Below, piece by piece: positions 9,676 to 19,926 of a stretch of DNA of 64,000 nucleotides (its first letter is position 1; every line of letters starts with the position of its first letter). This DNA comes from Vulcanimicrobiota bacterium (GTDB lineage Bacteria > Vulcanimicrobiota > Vulcanimicrobiia > Vulcanimicrobiales > Vulcanimicrobiaceae): contig CAWGBN010000005.1 of assembly GCA_963820825.1 (NCBI GenBank), forward strand, positions 160,001 through 224,000, written 5' to 3'. A program made the position numbers and the translations under genes. Below the pieces are notes generated by a model, which was not told where the DNA came from, did no database searches, and saw nothing but the letters and a program-made list of their open reading frames with translations.

Positions 9676-10617
9676 CTACCAGGAGATGACGATTTGGCCG
9701 TTGCCCTTTGGCGCGCCGCCGCGAACGTTGGTTACTTTGGTCGCCCTCGATTCGATATACGACGAACCGCCGCCACCACCGCCGCCGCCGCCCGTTCCGG
9801 TGGGCTGCACCGAACCCGAGCCGCCTCCGCCACCGCCGTAGTAGCCGCCTCCGCCGCCACCGCCGCCGCCGTCGGCAAACTGTGCGCTCCCGCCGCCGAG
9901 ACCGCCAACGCCGAGCGCGCCCGCGCTGCCCGCGAACCCATAATAGCCGGTGTGACTGCCGGGACCGCCCTTGCCCCCGGTGGTCTGCGTACCGCCTTTG
10001 CCGCCGCCGCCGATCGCGCCGCGCGCATTACCGCCGCCGCGATGGCCGACGTCACCCCCGCCGTCTCCACCGCCGCCGGCGCCATAGTACGGCGCTTCCG
10101 GTATTCCGCCGCCGCCACCACCACCCGCGACGATGATACGGTCTGCTAAGGCATTACCGCCTTCGCGCAAGTCGGATGCGCCGCCGCCAGCATCGCCGCC
10201 GTAATCGTATCGGTTTCCGGTGGCGCCGCCGTCTGCACCACCGTTGAAGCCGCCTGCGCCGACCGTTCCGAGCGCGGCCTTTCCGCCTGCGCCGCCGACG
10301 AAAATCACGAGTTTTTCACCGGGCTTGACGGGGATCGTGGCTTGCACGAATCCGCCCCGGCCGCCCTTATGATCCTTGCCGCTCGGTCCGCTCGCGCCGT
10401 AAGCGGCAACGGTGAGCTGCGTTACGCCGTGCGGCACGCGGAATGTTTGCGCGTTGCCGGTGCAATCGAAGGTTTTGCTCTTCGTTCCGCCAGTGTGCGC
10501 GAACGCGCCGGCAGCGGCACCGCCAACGGGCGGCTGCGGAGCGCCGCACGACGCGAGCATCGCGATTCCTACGGCGAACGAGCTGCAGATGAAGTAAGAA
10601 CGTCGATTACACGTCAT
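9676..10617 (-). CDS. Glycine-rich lipoprotein (ALK/LTK-like glycine-rich domain)
   Basis: Lipobox LASC; QTFRVPHGVTQLTVAAYGASG, GFNGG, GGGASDLR..RIIVAGGGGG, GGGGGYYGGGGG, GGGGSSY..GNGQIVISW. Confidence 0.8.
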   Translation of the reverse strand: MTCNRRSYFICSSFAVGIAMLASCGAPQPPVGGAAAGAFAHTGGTKSKTFDCTGNAQTFRVPHGVTQLTVAAYGASGPSGKDHKGGRGGFVQATIPVKPGEKLVIFVGGAGGKAALGTVGAGGFNGGADGGATGNRYDYGGDAGGGASDLREGGNALADRIIVAGGGGGGGIPEAPYYGAGGGGDGGGDVGHRGGGNARGAIGGGGKGGTQTTGGKGGPGSHTGYYGFAGSAGALGVGGLGGGSAQFADGGGGGGGGGYYGGGGGGSGSVQPTGTGGGGGGGGGSSYIESRATKVTNVRGGAPKGNGQIVISW

Positions 10618-10682
10618 CGCGATTTGGCTCCTTTACGTTTCGTTCGATATGAATGTGGAACGTGCGCCCTACGATATCGCTC

Positions 10683-10901
10683 TCACGACCCTATTGGCAG
10701 TAAACAGCGATCGTCACCGTACCGGTCGTATAGTCGATCGCGGAATTGAACACGAGCTTGTCGCCCTTCGGCACCGCGCCGCTGCCAAGCCGCTCCGGCA
10801 ATCGGTAACGCTGCATGAGCGGGAGCTAAGGCACCGGCGCTACCGCCGCAGCCGGACAAGACCAACAGCATCGATCCGGCATGGAGCCACAAACTTCTCA
10901 C
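10683..10901 (-). CDS. Small hypothetical lipoprotein (likely frameshifted)
   Basis: AAAGGAGAGG RBS; lipobox LSGC. Confidence 0.45.
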   Translation of the reverse strand: MRSLWLHAGSMLLVLSGCGGSAGALAPAHAALPIAGAAWQRRGAEGRQARVQFRDRLYDRYGDDRCLLPIGS

Positions 10902-10917
10902 GATCGTGCCTCTCCTT

Positions 10918-11718
10918 TCATCTCGCTACCGATATGGTCAGCCCGCGCGGCGCCGAGGCATAGTTCGCAAGTCTCTTCATCGCTTTTCCGCCGCCCGGAA
11001 ATGGCCACTCGGAAATGGTCTCTCCGGCGTTACCGCTCATCCCCGCAACCAATCCGCCCTTCATGTCGAACAGCGAGACAAAGTAGAGACGCTTGAGGTG
11101 TACGATGCCTTCGACGTGCCCGACTCTGCCGGAGACGGTGACCCGATAGATCGAAGGAGATCTTGCGGCTCCCTGGGTCACGACGTCAATGTATTTTCCG
11201 TCCCACACCACGCCGCCGGGATACCAATCGGCATTCTTATCGAAGTGAATCGCCTCAAACGATTTGCCGCCCTTCGGCAACTCAGCGAACTCAAACTCAA
11301 CGGTGCTGCCGACGTAGCCGTCGATGAAAAGATTCCCTCGATCGTCATAACCGCCCGCGTAGACTTGAAAAGGGATCGGAAAGACGGCGGGCTTTCCTGG
11401 CTGCGCCCCGGCGAAGACCTCGGCCTTCGATTCCGTCCCGCTGCCGTTATAGCTGCCGGCCAGCACGGCGAGATTTCCGGTCGTGCGATCGACCGCACAA
11501 CCTGCGGTAAAACCGTCGGCACGCGGAATGCGGATCTTTGCAAGCGGCGTCGTGCCGCCGTGAGGGAACTCGTACGCGATGTGACGCTTACCGGCGGCTT
11601 CGATCTCCCACACGTTCCCGGAAGCATCCGAACATTCGGCCCCGCCGCCGCATCCAAACAACAGCGCGGCCGCCGCCGCGGGAGCCAAAATCCAACGGTT
11701 CCAACGCACGTCGCTCAT
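10918..11718 (-). CDS. Lipoprotein beta-propeller family paralog, N-terminally shortened
   Basis: Lipobox LFGC; ECSDASGNVW, CAVDRTTGNLAV, YDDRGNLFIDG, ELPKGG, PGGVVWDGKY. Confidence 0.75.
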   Translation of the reverse strand: MSDVRWNRWILAPAAAAALLFGCGGGAECSDASGNVWEIEAAGKRHIAYEFPHGGTTPLAKIRIPRADGFTAGCAVDRTTGNLAVLAGSYNGSGTESKAEVFAGAQPGKPAVFPIPFQVYAGGYDDRGNLFIDGYVGSTVEFEFAELPKGGKSFEAIHFDKNADWYPGGVVWDGKYIDVVTQGAARSPSIYRVTVSGRVGHVEGIVHLKRLYFVSLFDMKGGLVAGMSGNAGETISEWPFPGGGKAMKRLANYASAPRGLTISVAR

Positions 11719-11751
11719 CGCCCGTATCCTCCGCCCGGTGCGGCTATTATA

Positions 11752-12636
11752 TCAAATCGGCAGCTCCATGCGCCCCTGTGCGACGTGCACGACGTTTCCG
11801 CCGACCTCGATGCCGTCGCGCCCGTTCTCGCCGTGAATCAATACGTGGAGCAGGCTGCGGCGTCCCATCCGCACGCCCTGTTCGCTGATGAAGCGCGTGC
11901 CGTCGCTCTTGCTCACCAAGCCGTGCTTCATCATAAAGGCAGCAAGCGGCCCGGTCGCGCCGCCCGTCGCCGGGTCTTCGACGATCCCGAACTGCGGAGC
12001 GAACATCCGCGAATACGCGCCGCTCTGCGTCGGGGCGAAAACGAAGATCGAGGTGCTCTCGCGCGACGGGCGCACCAGATCGGCGTAGACGGTGCCGTCG
12101 AGCTGCACCGCGTCGACGTCGGCGCGCTCTTTGACCGCGACGAAGATCAGCGGACTTCCGGCCGAGAGCTGCTCGCACGGCACGCCCGCGACGATCCGGT
12201 CGGCGCCGAGCGATAACGCTCGCGCGCAGCGGTCGCGCGAGAACTCCGCGAGCTTGCGAATCGGCGGCGTCGTCAGCCACAGGATCGGATCGTCCCCGGC
12301 GTCAACCCGAATCGGCACAAGGCCGACGTTCTCGCTCAGCGCGAACGTCGGAGCGCTCGTTTCGACGATGCCGAGACGGCGCATGATGAAGGCCGTGCCG
12401 ATCGTGGGATGACCGGCAAATGGCAGCTCAGCAGCCGGCGTAAAGATCCGCACGCGCATTGCGCCGTCCCGCGACTCCTGCGGGAGGATAAACGTCGTTT
12501 CGGAGAGATTGAGCTCCCGCGCGACGCGCTGCATCGTCGCGCTCTCCATCTCGGTCGCGTCGGGAAAGACCGCGAGCGCGTTGCCCTGCATCGGCGTCGT
12601 CGTAAAGACGTCGACGACGTGATATGCAAACTCCAT
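11752..12636 (-). CDS. PhzF family isomerase
   Basis: VDVFT..GNALAV, ELNLSETTF, RIFTP..ELPFAGHPTIG, EDPATG, EQG..MGRRS. Confidence 0.95.
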   Translation of the reverse strand: MEFAYHVVDVFTTTPMQGNALAVFPDATEMESATMQRVARELNLSETTFILPQESRDGAMRVRIFTPAAELPFAGHPTIGTAFIMRRLGIVETSAPTFALSENVGLVPIRVDAGDDPILWLTTPPIRKLAEFSRDRCARALSLGADRIVAGVPCEQLSAGSPLIFVAVKERADVDAVQLDGTVYADLVRPSRESTSIFVFAPTQSGAYSRMFAPQFGIVEDPATGGATGPLAAFMMKHGLVSKSDGTRFISEQGVRMGRRSLLHVLIHGENGRDGIEVGGNVVHVAQGRMELPI

Positions 12637-12689
12637 CAGCTACCCCCTCGCCCTACTCTTCCATAAGCGGAACCGAATTGCCGCCGCCA

Positions 12690-13106
12690 TTAAGAGATCG
12701 AAAGCGCTTTTAGCAGAATGCGCGCGTGGCTTCCACCGCCGTCGCGCCGCTCCACGACGAAATGGTCGGCGTGCATCGAGATGATGAAGAGCCCGCGCCC
12801 GGTCTCGCTGAAGAGATCGTTCGGGAGGCTCGAGCTCACGTGATATCCCGGTCCACGGTCCATCACGTGCAGCGTCACGTCGCCGCCCGCCTCCGCGCAC
12901 TCCACGCGCACCTCGATGATCCCCGGGGCGTGACGCACCGCATTCGACAGAATCTCCGCGTAGATGACGTCGAGGCGAACGACTGCATCGTCACGCTCGT
13001 GCAGCTCGAGTGCCTTCCGTAGCTCCCCGCGAACTCGACCCGCTACTTCCGAGGTTCGCGGGTCGAATCTCCAATGACGCCGCATCCTTTCGATCATCCT
13101 TCGCAA
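12690..13106 (-). CDS. RsbW-like anti-sigma factor/ATP-binding protein (HATPase_c)
   Basis: EILSNAVRHA, VMDRGPG, SETGRGLFII. Confidence 0.85.
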   Translation of the reverse strand: MRRMIERMRRHWRFDPRTSEVAGRVRGELRKALELHERDDAVVRLDVIYAEILSNAVRHAPGIIEVRVECAEAGGDVTLHVMDRGPGYHVSSSLPNDLFSETGRGLFIISMHADHFVVERRDGGGSHARILLKALSIS

Positions 13107-13136
13107 CGGCCGCGCTATTTCTTTTCGCTCTGGGGA

Positions 13137-14290
13137 TTATCGAACGATCGTCGCCACGAACCCGCAGATTGCGCCCGCGCTCACGAGCACCGGCTCGGGC
13201 ACTCGTATCTTTGAGAAGAGCACGGCCAGTGCCACCGCCAAAACCGCGAAGCCGAAGAGATCGTGCAGGGAGCTGCGAGCCAGCAGGTACGAGGTGCCGA
13301 TGAGAACGCCGACCACCGCCACCGTAATTCCGCGCAAGAAGCCCTGTACGCGGCCGTTCCCGCGATAGCGGCGCAGAAGCGGCGTTCCGATCAGCACGAA
13401 GAGCAGCGACGGCGTGAAGATGCCCAGCGTGGCTGCCGTCGCGCCGGAGAGTCCGTGATTCAAGAAACCGACGAACGTCGCCGTGATCACGACGGGGCCC
13501 GGCGAGATGATCCCGACGGCGACCGCGTCCAAGAAGGCTTGGTTCGAGAGCCAATGGTACTGGTCGACGACGTACGCCTTGAGAAACGGCACGATTACCA
13601 GACCGCTGCCGAAGACCAGAAAGCCCGTTTTGAAGAAAAACCAGAAGAGCTTCGCCGGCAGAACGCTTTGATACGCGCCCGACACGGCGGAGGCGAACGC
13701 CGGCATAACGGCACGCGACGAACCCGACGACGGCGCCGGTCTCGAGCCATCACCCCCCGATAACGGCTGATTGAAGAGCACGATGCCGAGCACTCCCGCG
13801 GCGATAAAGATCGCCACGAGTTCCTTCCCGACCACGATCGTTACGATGCAGGCAACGAGCGCAAAACCGTAGGCAAGCCACTCTCGGCGCAGCGTCTTGC
13901 GACCGAGATCCCAGCACGAGCGAATCACGATCGCGATGACCACCGGGCCGACGCCGTAAAAGAGCGCGCGCAGTTCCCAGGTCGAGCCGAAGCGCACGTA
14001 GAGCGCGCCCACCGCGATGACGATGAGAAATGGTGCCGCTGCGAACGTTACGGCGACCGTTAGCGCGCCGGCCACTCCGTGCAGCACGTAGCCGCAATAC
14101 ATGCCCAGCTTATACGCCAGCGGACCGGGCGAGACGGTCGCAATCGCCAGCCCCTCGTCGTATTCACCGGCCGCGATCCAGCGGTAGCGATCGACGAGAT
14201 CTCGCCGCATGTAATTTGCCAGGGCGACCGGCCCCCCGAAACCGGTCAGCCCCAACCGTAGAAAGTAGCCGGCGAGCGCGCCGAGCGACG
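13137..14290 (-). CDS. chrA: Chromate efflux transporter (CHR family); start uncertain
   Basis: FLRLGLTGFGGP, SPGP, FFKTGFLVFGSG..VAVGIISPGPVVITATFVG duplicated halves. Confidence 0.9.
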
Positions 14291-14295
14291 GCGCG

Positions 14296-15450
14296 TTACG
14301 GCTCGAGTTCGTGAACGCTGTTGTCGTTACGGTCGGTGTAGTAGAGCACGGTATCGCTATCGTTCGTGCCTACCGCCTTCACGCCGAAAATCCCGGCCGT
14401 CTTGTTCTTATCGACGAGCTTGGTCGCGAGAATCTTCCCCGTCGGCGTCATCTCGACGAGCGTGTTGCCGCCTTGCGTATTAGCGACGATCAGGTTTCCG
14501 TTGGGCAAGAGCGTCATCGCGACGGGCGCGTCGAGCGGCTTGCCGGCGTGTACCAGCTTCGCGCACGTGGACTTCGGATACTTGCACTTGAACGTCTTGC
14601 CGCCTTTGAGCACGACGATCTCGTCGGTCACGAGCAGCTCGGTCGCGTTCTCGAAGGCCACAACGGTATTGTCCACGCCGTCGACCGCGTAGAGCGTGCC
14701 CTTCTTGTTGGTGTTGAAGACCAGGCCCGACGGCCCCAGCGTGCTCCAACCCGACTTCTTGTTGATCGCAAGTCCGCTGATCACTTCGGTCGCCTTACGG
14801 TTGCCGTAGTAGTTGACGCTGAAGTCGACGATGCCGCCGTTCTGCGCGTCGCTCACGTACACGGGTTCGGCCGAGTAGCCGCAATGCGATACGCCGCCCG
14901 TGCAGGCCGCATCGACGACCGAAAACGGACCCTGCAGCGGCTTACCCCAGGTCTTTCCGAGCTTTCCGCTGGGCTTGTACTGCGCTGCGAGGTGGCTCGC
15001 GAATCCCGCCGTGTAGTCGTCGTCGCTCGCCGGGCTGAGCGAATCGTCGGCACAACCGCTGCTCTTCGCGTTTTGCTCGAAGGTGGCCGGTTTCGATCCG
15101 GGCTTCGAGTCGAGCGTCTCGACCGAGATGCCTTTACCGGCTGCGCCGGTCTTGTCTTCAAAATCGCAGACCAAGAGTTGACCCTTCTTCAGGCCGCCGA
15201 AGCTCGTAGCGACGACCGAGACACCGCGCGGGCCCTGGTCGCCGTTCTTCGGATCGACCGTCGATCCGATCATTACGTTCTTCTTCAATTTCTTCAGAAT
15301 CGACGTCGTGTCGACGTTGTCGACAATCGACGAATCGTACGTCGAGAGCATCGCGCTCGATCTCGACGGCACGGCGCTCGAGTTGCACGCGCTCAGGAAG
15401 AGCAGCGAGCCTGCCAGGAGCGACACGATGCTCTTGTTTTGGTATGTCAT
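14296..15450 (-). CDS. Lys-rich secreted lipoprotein, probable beta-propeller
   Basis: Lipobox LSAC; IGSTVDPKNGDQGP, GPSGLVF..LYAVDG, APVAMTLLPNGNLIVANT. Confidence 0.75.
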   Translation of the reverse strand: MTYQNKSIVSLLAGSLLFLSACNSSAVPSRSSAMLSTYDSSIVDNVDTTSILKKLKKNVMIGSTVDPKNGDQGPRGVSVVATSFGGLKKGQLLVCDFEDKTGAAGKGISVETLDSKPGSKPATFEQNAKSSGCADDSLSPASDDDYTAGFASHLAAQYKPSGKLGKTWGKPLQGPFSVVDAACTGGVSHCGYSAEPVYVSDAQNGGIVDFSVNYYGNRKATEVISGLAINKKSGWSTLGPSGLVFNTNKKGTLYAVDGVDNTVVAFENATELLVTDEIVVLKGGKTFKCKYPKSTCAKLVHAGKPLDAPVAMTLLPNGNLIVANTQGGNTLVEMTPTGKILATKLVDKNKTAGIFGVKAVGTNDSDTVLYYTDRNDNSVHELEP

Positions 15451-15544
15451 GCTGACCTCACGAGTAGTGTCGGGATGGGTCTGGCCCGCTTTCGCGGGCG
15501 TTCTTGTCCAGCCTGCAAGAGCAAGTAACCTACGTTAATTCGTA

Positions 15545-16402
15545 CTAAAACTCGAAGCGAGGCGATCGAGCGCCGCTATCTCTGCTTCGTTCAACCTCAG
15601 CGCGGCGGCGGCAACGTTCTCTTCGAGATGCGCGAGCGACGACGTGCCGGGAATCGGCACCATCGCCGGCGAGCGATGCAGCAACCAGGCCAGCCCAACC
15701 TGCCAGATCGTCGCGTCGGCGCGCGGCCGCGATCGGCTTCAGCCCTTCGATCGCGTGAAGGTCGCCGCCGTCGAGCGGGAAGTATGGAATGAAGACGATG
15801 CCGTTTTGTTCGCAATACTCGACGATGGATTCGCTTCCGCGATCGCCGACGTTGTAGCTGTTCTGCACCGAGGCAATCTCGACGATGCACTTGCGCCGCC
15901 TGCAGCTGGGCTCAGCGTCACGTTGGAAAGGCCGGCGTAACGGATCTTCCCGTCGTCGCGCAGCGTCGCGCAGCGCACCGACCTGATCTTCGAACGGAAC
16001 CGTCGGATCGACCGCGTGCAGCTGATAGAGGTCGATCCACTCGAGGCGCAGCCGCCGCAGGCTTCCCTCGCACGCCTGCGCTTGCAGATGCGACGGGCGT
16101 CCGTCGCGCCCCCAATCGTCCCGGGCCGCCGCGCGTGGATCCGCCCTTCGTCGCGATGACCAGATCGTCGGATACGGATAGAGTGCCTGCGCGATCTGCT
16201 CTTCGTTGACGTGCGGTCCGTACGCGTCGGCGGTGTCGATGAAGTTTACGCCGAGCTCGACGGCGCGGCGCAATACGTGCAGTGCGTTCTCGCGATCGCC
16301 GGCCATCCCCAGATTCGCTGGTCCGCAGAGGCGCATTGCGCCGAAGCCGAGCCGGTTCACGTGCAGCTCGTCACCGATGGCGATCGTCGTCGCGTCGTTC
16401 AT
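15545..16402 (-). CDS. Aldo/keto reductase (frameshifted)
   Basis: RLGFGAMRL, GVNFIDTADAYG, SLRRLRLEWIDLYQLH, PIPGTSSLAHLEENVAA. Confidence 0.92.
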   Translation of the reverse strand: MNDATTIAIGDELHVNRLGFGAMRLCGPANLGMAGDRENALHVLRRAVELGVNFIDTADAYGPHVNEEQIAQALYPYPTIWSSRRRADPRAAARDDWGRDGRPSHLQAQACEGSLRRLRLEWIDLYQLHAVDPTVPFEDQVGALRDAARRREDPLRRPFQRDAEPSCRRRKCIVEIASVQNSYNVGDRGSESIVEYCEQNGIVFIPYFPLDGGDLHAIEGLKPIAAARRRDDLAGWAGLVAASLAGDGADSRHVVARASRRERCRRRAEVERSRDSGARSPRFEF

Positions 16403-16424
16403 CGCGCGCTCTTCGGTCGGAGAT

Positions 16425-16457
16425 AAAAAAAGACCGCCCGGCTTGCGCCGGGCGGCC
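16425..16457 (-). terminator. Intrinsic terminator
   Basis: GGCCGCCCGGC-gcaa-GCCGGGCGGTC followed by TTTTTTT. Confidence 0.85.
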
Positions 16458-16480
16458 GCGTGATACGGAGCCGTTGAAAG

Positions 16481-16851
16481 TTACTTACTTCGAGGTTAAC
16501 GGGCTTGTTCGGCATCGAGGTTCTGGTTGATGTTCTGGTCATCGTCGCGGTCGCGCCTTGAACGTCGCCTCGGTCTGCTTCTGGGTCTCGACGATCATCT
16601 CGGCGATGCGCAGGGTGTAGGCCTTGCGCAGCTCGAGGAGCTGGCTGGCGAAGCCGAACGAGAGCTCGACGAACTGCGTCGGCGGTCGGCATGTTCTCGA
16701 AGGCCGGCATGGTGCCCGGCTTCTCGTTCATCTCGCTGCCGAACTCGCGGAACGAGCTCATCGCCTTGAGGCTCGCCTCTTGCGTCTGCTTGATCGCGGC
16801 GAGACCCTCTTCTTGAAACTTGTTCATGTACTCGAATACGTTGACGGCCAT
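16481..16851 (-). CDS. Small amphipathic helical protein, candidate PHA granule protein (phasin-like); frameshifted
   Basis: MAVNVFEYMNKFQEEGLAAIKQTQEASLKAM...TQFVELSFGFASQLLELRKAYTLRIAEMIVETQKQ; AAGGAG RBS; lies at the end of the PHA cluster. Confidence 0.6.
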
Positions 16852-16887
16852 GATTGAACCTGGTCTCCTTCAGCGTATTACTTTGTG

Positions 16888-16922
16888 TGCTAAGTATACC
16901 AAGCAGATGCTGTGCCTGTCAA
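16888..16922 (-). promoter_or_regulatory. Sigma70 promoter with overlapping palindromic operator
   Basis: TTGACA-N18-TATACT (TG extended); TGCT-tg-GTATAC-tt-AGCA palindrome centred on -10. Confidence 0.7.
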
Positions 16923-16975
16923 CCTCGCGGCACCGGGACACACTTGGGCAACGGGGCCGGGCGCCAGGCGGCTGC

Positions 16976-17349
16976 TTACTCTCTTCCGACGAAGCTCCGG
17001 TAGATCCGGATGATCGCTTCCTTTTGGTCGACCGTCAGGCGCGGGTCGAGCTTGACCGCGTGCTCGACGCCGTGGTGGCTCTCGTCGCGGCCCGGGGAGT
17101 CGTCGAGCAGGCCGGCCTGCGCGTACATCGTCTCGGCCGAGATGTGCAGCGCGTTGGCGATGCTCTTGAGCACGTCGGCCGAGGGCTTGTAGAGCCCGCG
17201 CTCGACCTGGCTCAGGTACGGGTTGGAGATCTTCGCGATCTCGGCCAGCTGGCGCATCGAGAGATTCGCCAGCTCGCGCTGGCTGCGAATGAAGTCGCCG
17301 AGGCTGCGCCAGGCGCCGCGCCGGGCCGGCTCTTGTCGTCGTCGCTCAC
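16976..17349 (-). CDS. XRE-family HTH regulator, Rv0474/MLDSR-like
   Basis: LGDFIRSQRELANLSMRQLAEIAKISNPYLSQVERGLYKPSADVLKSIANALHISAETMYAQAGLL..DPRLTVDQKEAIIRIYRSF. Confidence 0.9.
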
Positions 17350-19119
17350 TGACTGCGCCTTGACTTTCGGCGCGAACGGCTCGCCGGCTCTCGTTGCGGA
17401 CGTACCGCCCGGGCGCCGGTTCGCCCTCCGGCAGTCGGTACGGCTCACGCATCGGCCCGCCGTGCGCCTCGGCCCACACGGCCCAGTCTTCCCACCACGA
17501 GCCTTGATGCCGGTCGGCGCTCTCGAGCCATTCGTCGGCGCGTCTCGCCGCGCTGCGCTGCCGGCCTTCGTGTAGTGCCAGGTCTTCTTCCCGCCGGGCG
17601 GATTGACGATGCCGGCGATGTGCCCGGAGTTGGTCAGCACGTACTTCGACTCGCCGCCGACGTGCTGCGTCGTCAGATAGGTCGCGCGCCACGGCGCGAT
17701 GTGATCGTTCTCGGCGCCCAGCACGTAGAGCGGCGCGTGATCTTGCCCGAGGTCGATCGGCGTGTCGCCGATCGCGAACGCGCCCGGCTTGACGATCGCG
17801 TTGTGCAGATAGCAGGCGCGCAGGTACTCCGAGTGCATCTCGACCGGCATCCGCGTCGAATCGTTGTTCCAGGCGAGAATGTCGAACGCCGGCGGCTGCT
17901 TGCCCTTGAACCAGTTGTTGACGACGTAGCTCCAGATCAGATCGCTGCGAGCGCATCCAGTCGAAGGTCCGCGCCATCTCCGCGCGATTCGAGATAGCCG
18001 CGTTCGCGCATCCGCTTCTCGAGCCGCACGATCGTGTCTTCGTCGGTGAAGACGCCGAGATCGCCGGGAATGCTGAAGTCGATCAGCGTGTTCGTCACCG
18101 TCGCGCGACGCGACGCGGTCGCCCTGGCCGTGCGCCGCGAGATAGGCCATCGCGACCAGCGCCAGCGTTCCGCCCAGGCAGAGCGCCGCGACGTTGACTT
18201 GCGGCGCGCCGGTGATTTCCTGCACCGCGTCGATGCGCGGCCAGAACGCCGTCGCGCAGATAGTGATCCATCGTGTAGTGCGACATCGCTTCGTCGGGAT
18301 TGCGGTACGAGATCATGAAGGTCTGGTGGCCGTGCTGCACCGCCCACTCGACGAACGAGCGCCCCGGCGCCAGATCCATGATGTAGTACTTGTTGATCCA
18401 CGGCGGGCTGCAGAGCAGCGGAATCGCGTGCACCTGCGGCGTCTGCGGATCGTAGGCGATCAGCTCGATCAGCTCGTTGCGCATGACGACGCGGCCCGGG
18501 CGTCGTGGCGATGTTCTTGCCCAAGCTCGAAGCCCGACTTGTCGACCTGGCGCGGATAGCCGCCGTTGTTCTGCACGTCGTCGAGGAAGTTTTGCATGCC
18601 CGTGCACGCAGGCTCATCCCGCCGGTACTCGGTCGCCTCTTTCACGACGCCCGGATTGAGCCACGGCACGTTGCTCGGCGCGAACGCGTCGCACATCAGC
18701 TGCATCGCGAAGCGCGCCTTGCGCCGCGTCGTCTCCGGCAGACGCGCCGAATCGACCAGCTGCATCGCCGCTTGCGTGCGCGCCTGGTAGTCTTCGACGA
18801 ATCCCGCGAGCATCGGATTGCTGCTCCACTCCGGCTCGGCGAAGCGTTTGTCGCGGCTGCAGCCTGAGCGCGGCCCAGCGGCGCCGTCGAAGGGCTCCTG
18901 CCGCCCAGGCGCCGCAGCATGTTCGAGCCCGACGTTCTGTTCGGCCAGCGCGAAGCCGGTCAGCCACGTGCTCATGCGCATCGGATCGATCATCACGTCG
19001 GCCATCACCGCGCGCAGCGCGTCGGTCAGCGACGCCGGGTCGAGTCCGGTGACGTCGATGCCGTAGCTCAGCTCCTCGGGCGGCATCTGCAGGTCAGCGA
19101 TTCGTTCATCGACGCTCAC
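17350..19119 (-). CDS. phaC: Poly(3-hydroxyalkanoate) synthase (frameshifted)
   Basis: APSNVPWLNP, ATTPGRVVMRNELIELIAY, PPWINKYYIMDL, SYRNPD, lipase box ALCLGG, WNNDSTRMP, DHIAPW, SGHIAGIVNPP, SWWEDW. Confidence 0.93.
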
Positions 19120-19880
19120 ATGTACCATCCGCCGTTGATATTGTACACCGCGCCGGTGATATAGCCGGCCTTTTCGTCGAGCAGGAAGCGCACGAGCTGC
19201 GCGACCTCTTCGGGCTGCCCGAGCCGCGCTCGCGGCGTCTGCTCGATCGCCGTTTCGATCGCCGCGCAGCGGCATCGCCTGGGTCATGTCGGTGTCGATG
19301 AAGCCCGGCGCGACCGCGTTGACGGTGATGCCGCTTCTTGGCGACCTCGACGCGCCACCGTCTTGGTGAGGCCGATGCAGGCCCGCTTTGGCGGCGGCGT
19401 AGTTCGCCTGGCCGAAGTTGCCGCTCTCGCCCGACCACCGAGCTGATGTTGACGATCCGCCCGAAACCCTGCGTCGACCATCGTGTCGAGCACGGCCTTG
19501 ATCATGAAAAACGGCCCCGAAAGATTGACTTGCAGAACCGCTTCCCACTCTTCGACCGTCATCTTGCGAACCGTGTGATCGCGGGTGATGCCGGCGTTGT
19601 TGACGAGGAAGTCGATGCGCCCGTGCTCGCGCAGCACGTGCCGTCGACGGCCTCCTGACAGCGCTCGAAGACGCCGACGTTCGTCTCGTAAAAGTGAAGC
19701 CGCGACGCAGCGCCGTTGAGATGCGACGCCAGCTTCTCGGTGCGCTCCCGGTCCTCGGGAGGCCGAGGATGGCGACGGTTGCGCCGTCCTCGGCGAGCAG
19801 GCGGCTGATCGCGCCGCCGATGCCCCGGGAGCCGCCCGGTGACGATGCCGACGCGTTCTCTGAAGAGGTAGACTGTTCAC
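19116..19880 (-). CDS. phaB: Acetoacetyl-CoA reductase, copy 2 (frameshifted)
   Basis: LVNNAGITRDHTVRKM, GNFGQANYAAAKAG, VNAVAPGFIDTDM, C-terminal NGGWYM. Confidence 0.8.
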
Positions 19881-19926
19881 GCGCTAGATTTACCCAACGC
19901 CGCGGCGCAGACGCCTTCAGCCGTCC

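Noticed and set aside
9770..10130. CCG/GCC repeats as microsatellite, CRISPR or PE_PGRS
   Set aside because: They are poly-Gly codons of the glycine-rich lipoprotein; no repeat-spacer periodicity and no PE domain.
14255..14300. chrA N-terminus (APSLGALAGYFLRLG) lacks an in-frame ATG and abuts the upstream stop
   Set aside because: Could be a TTG start or a single-base error; not enough evidence for a truncation event.
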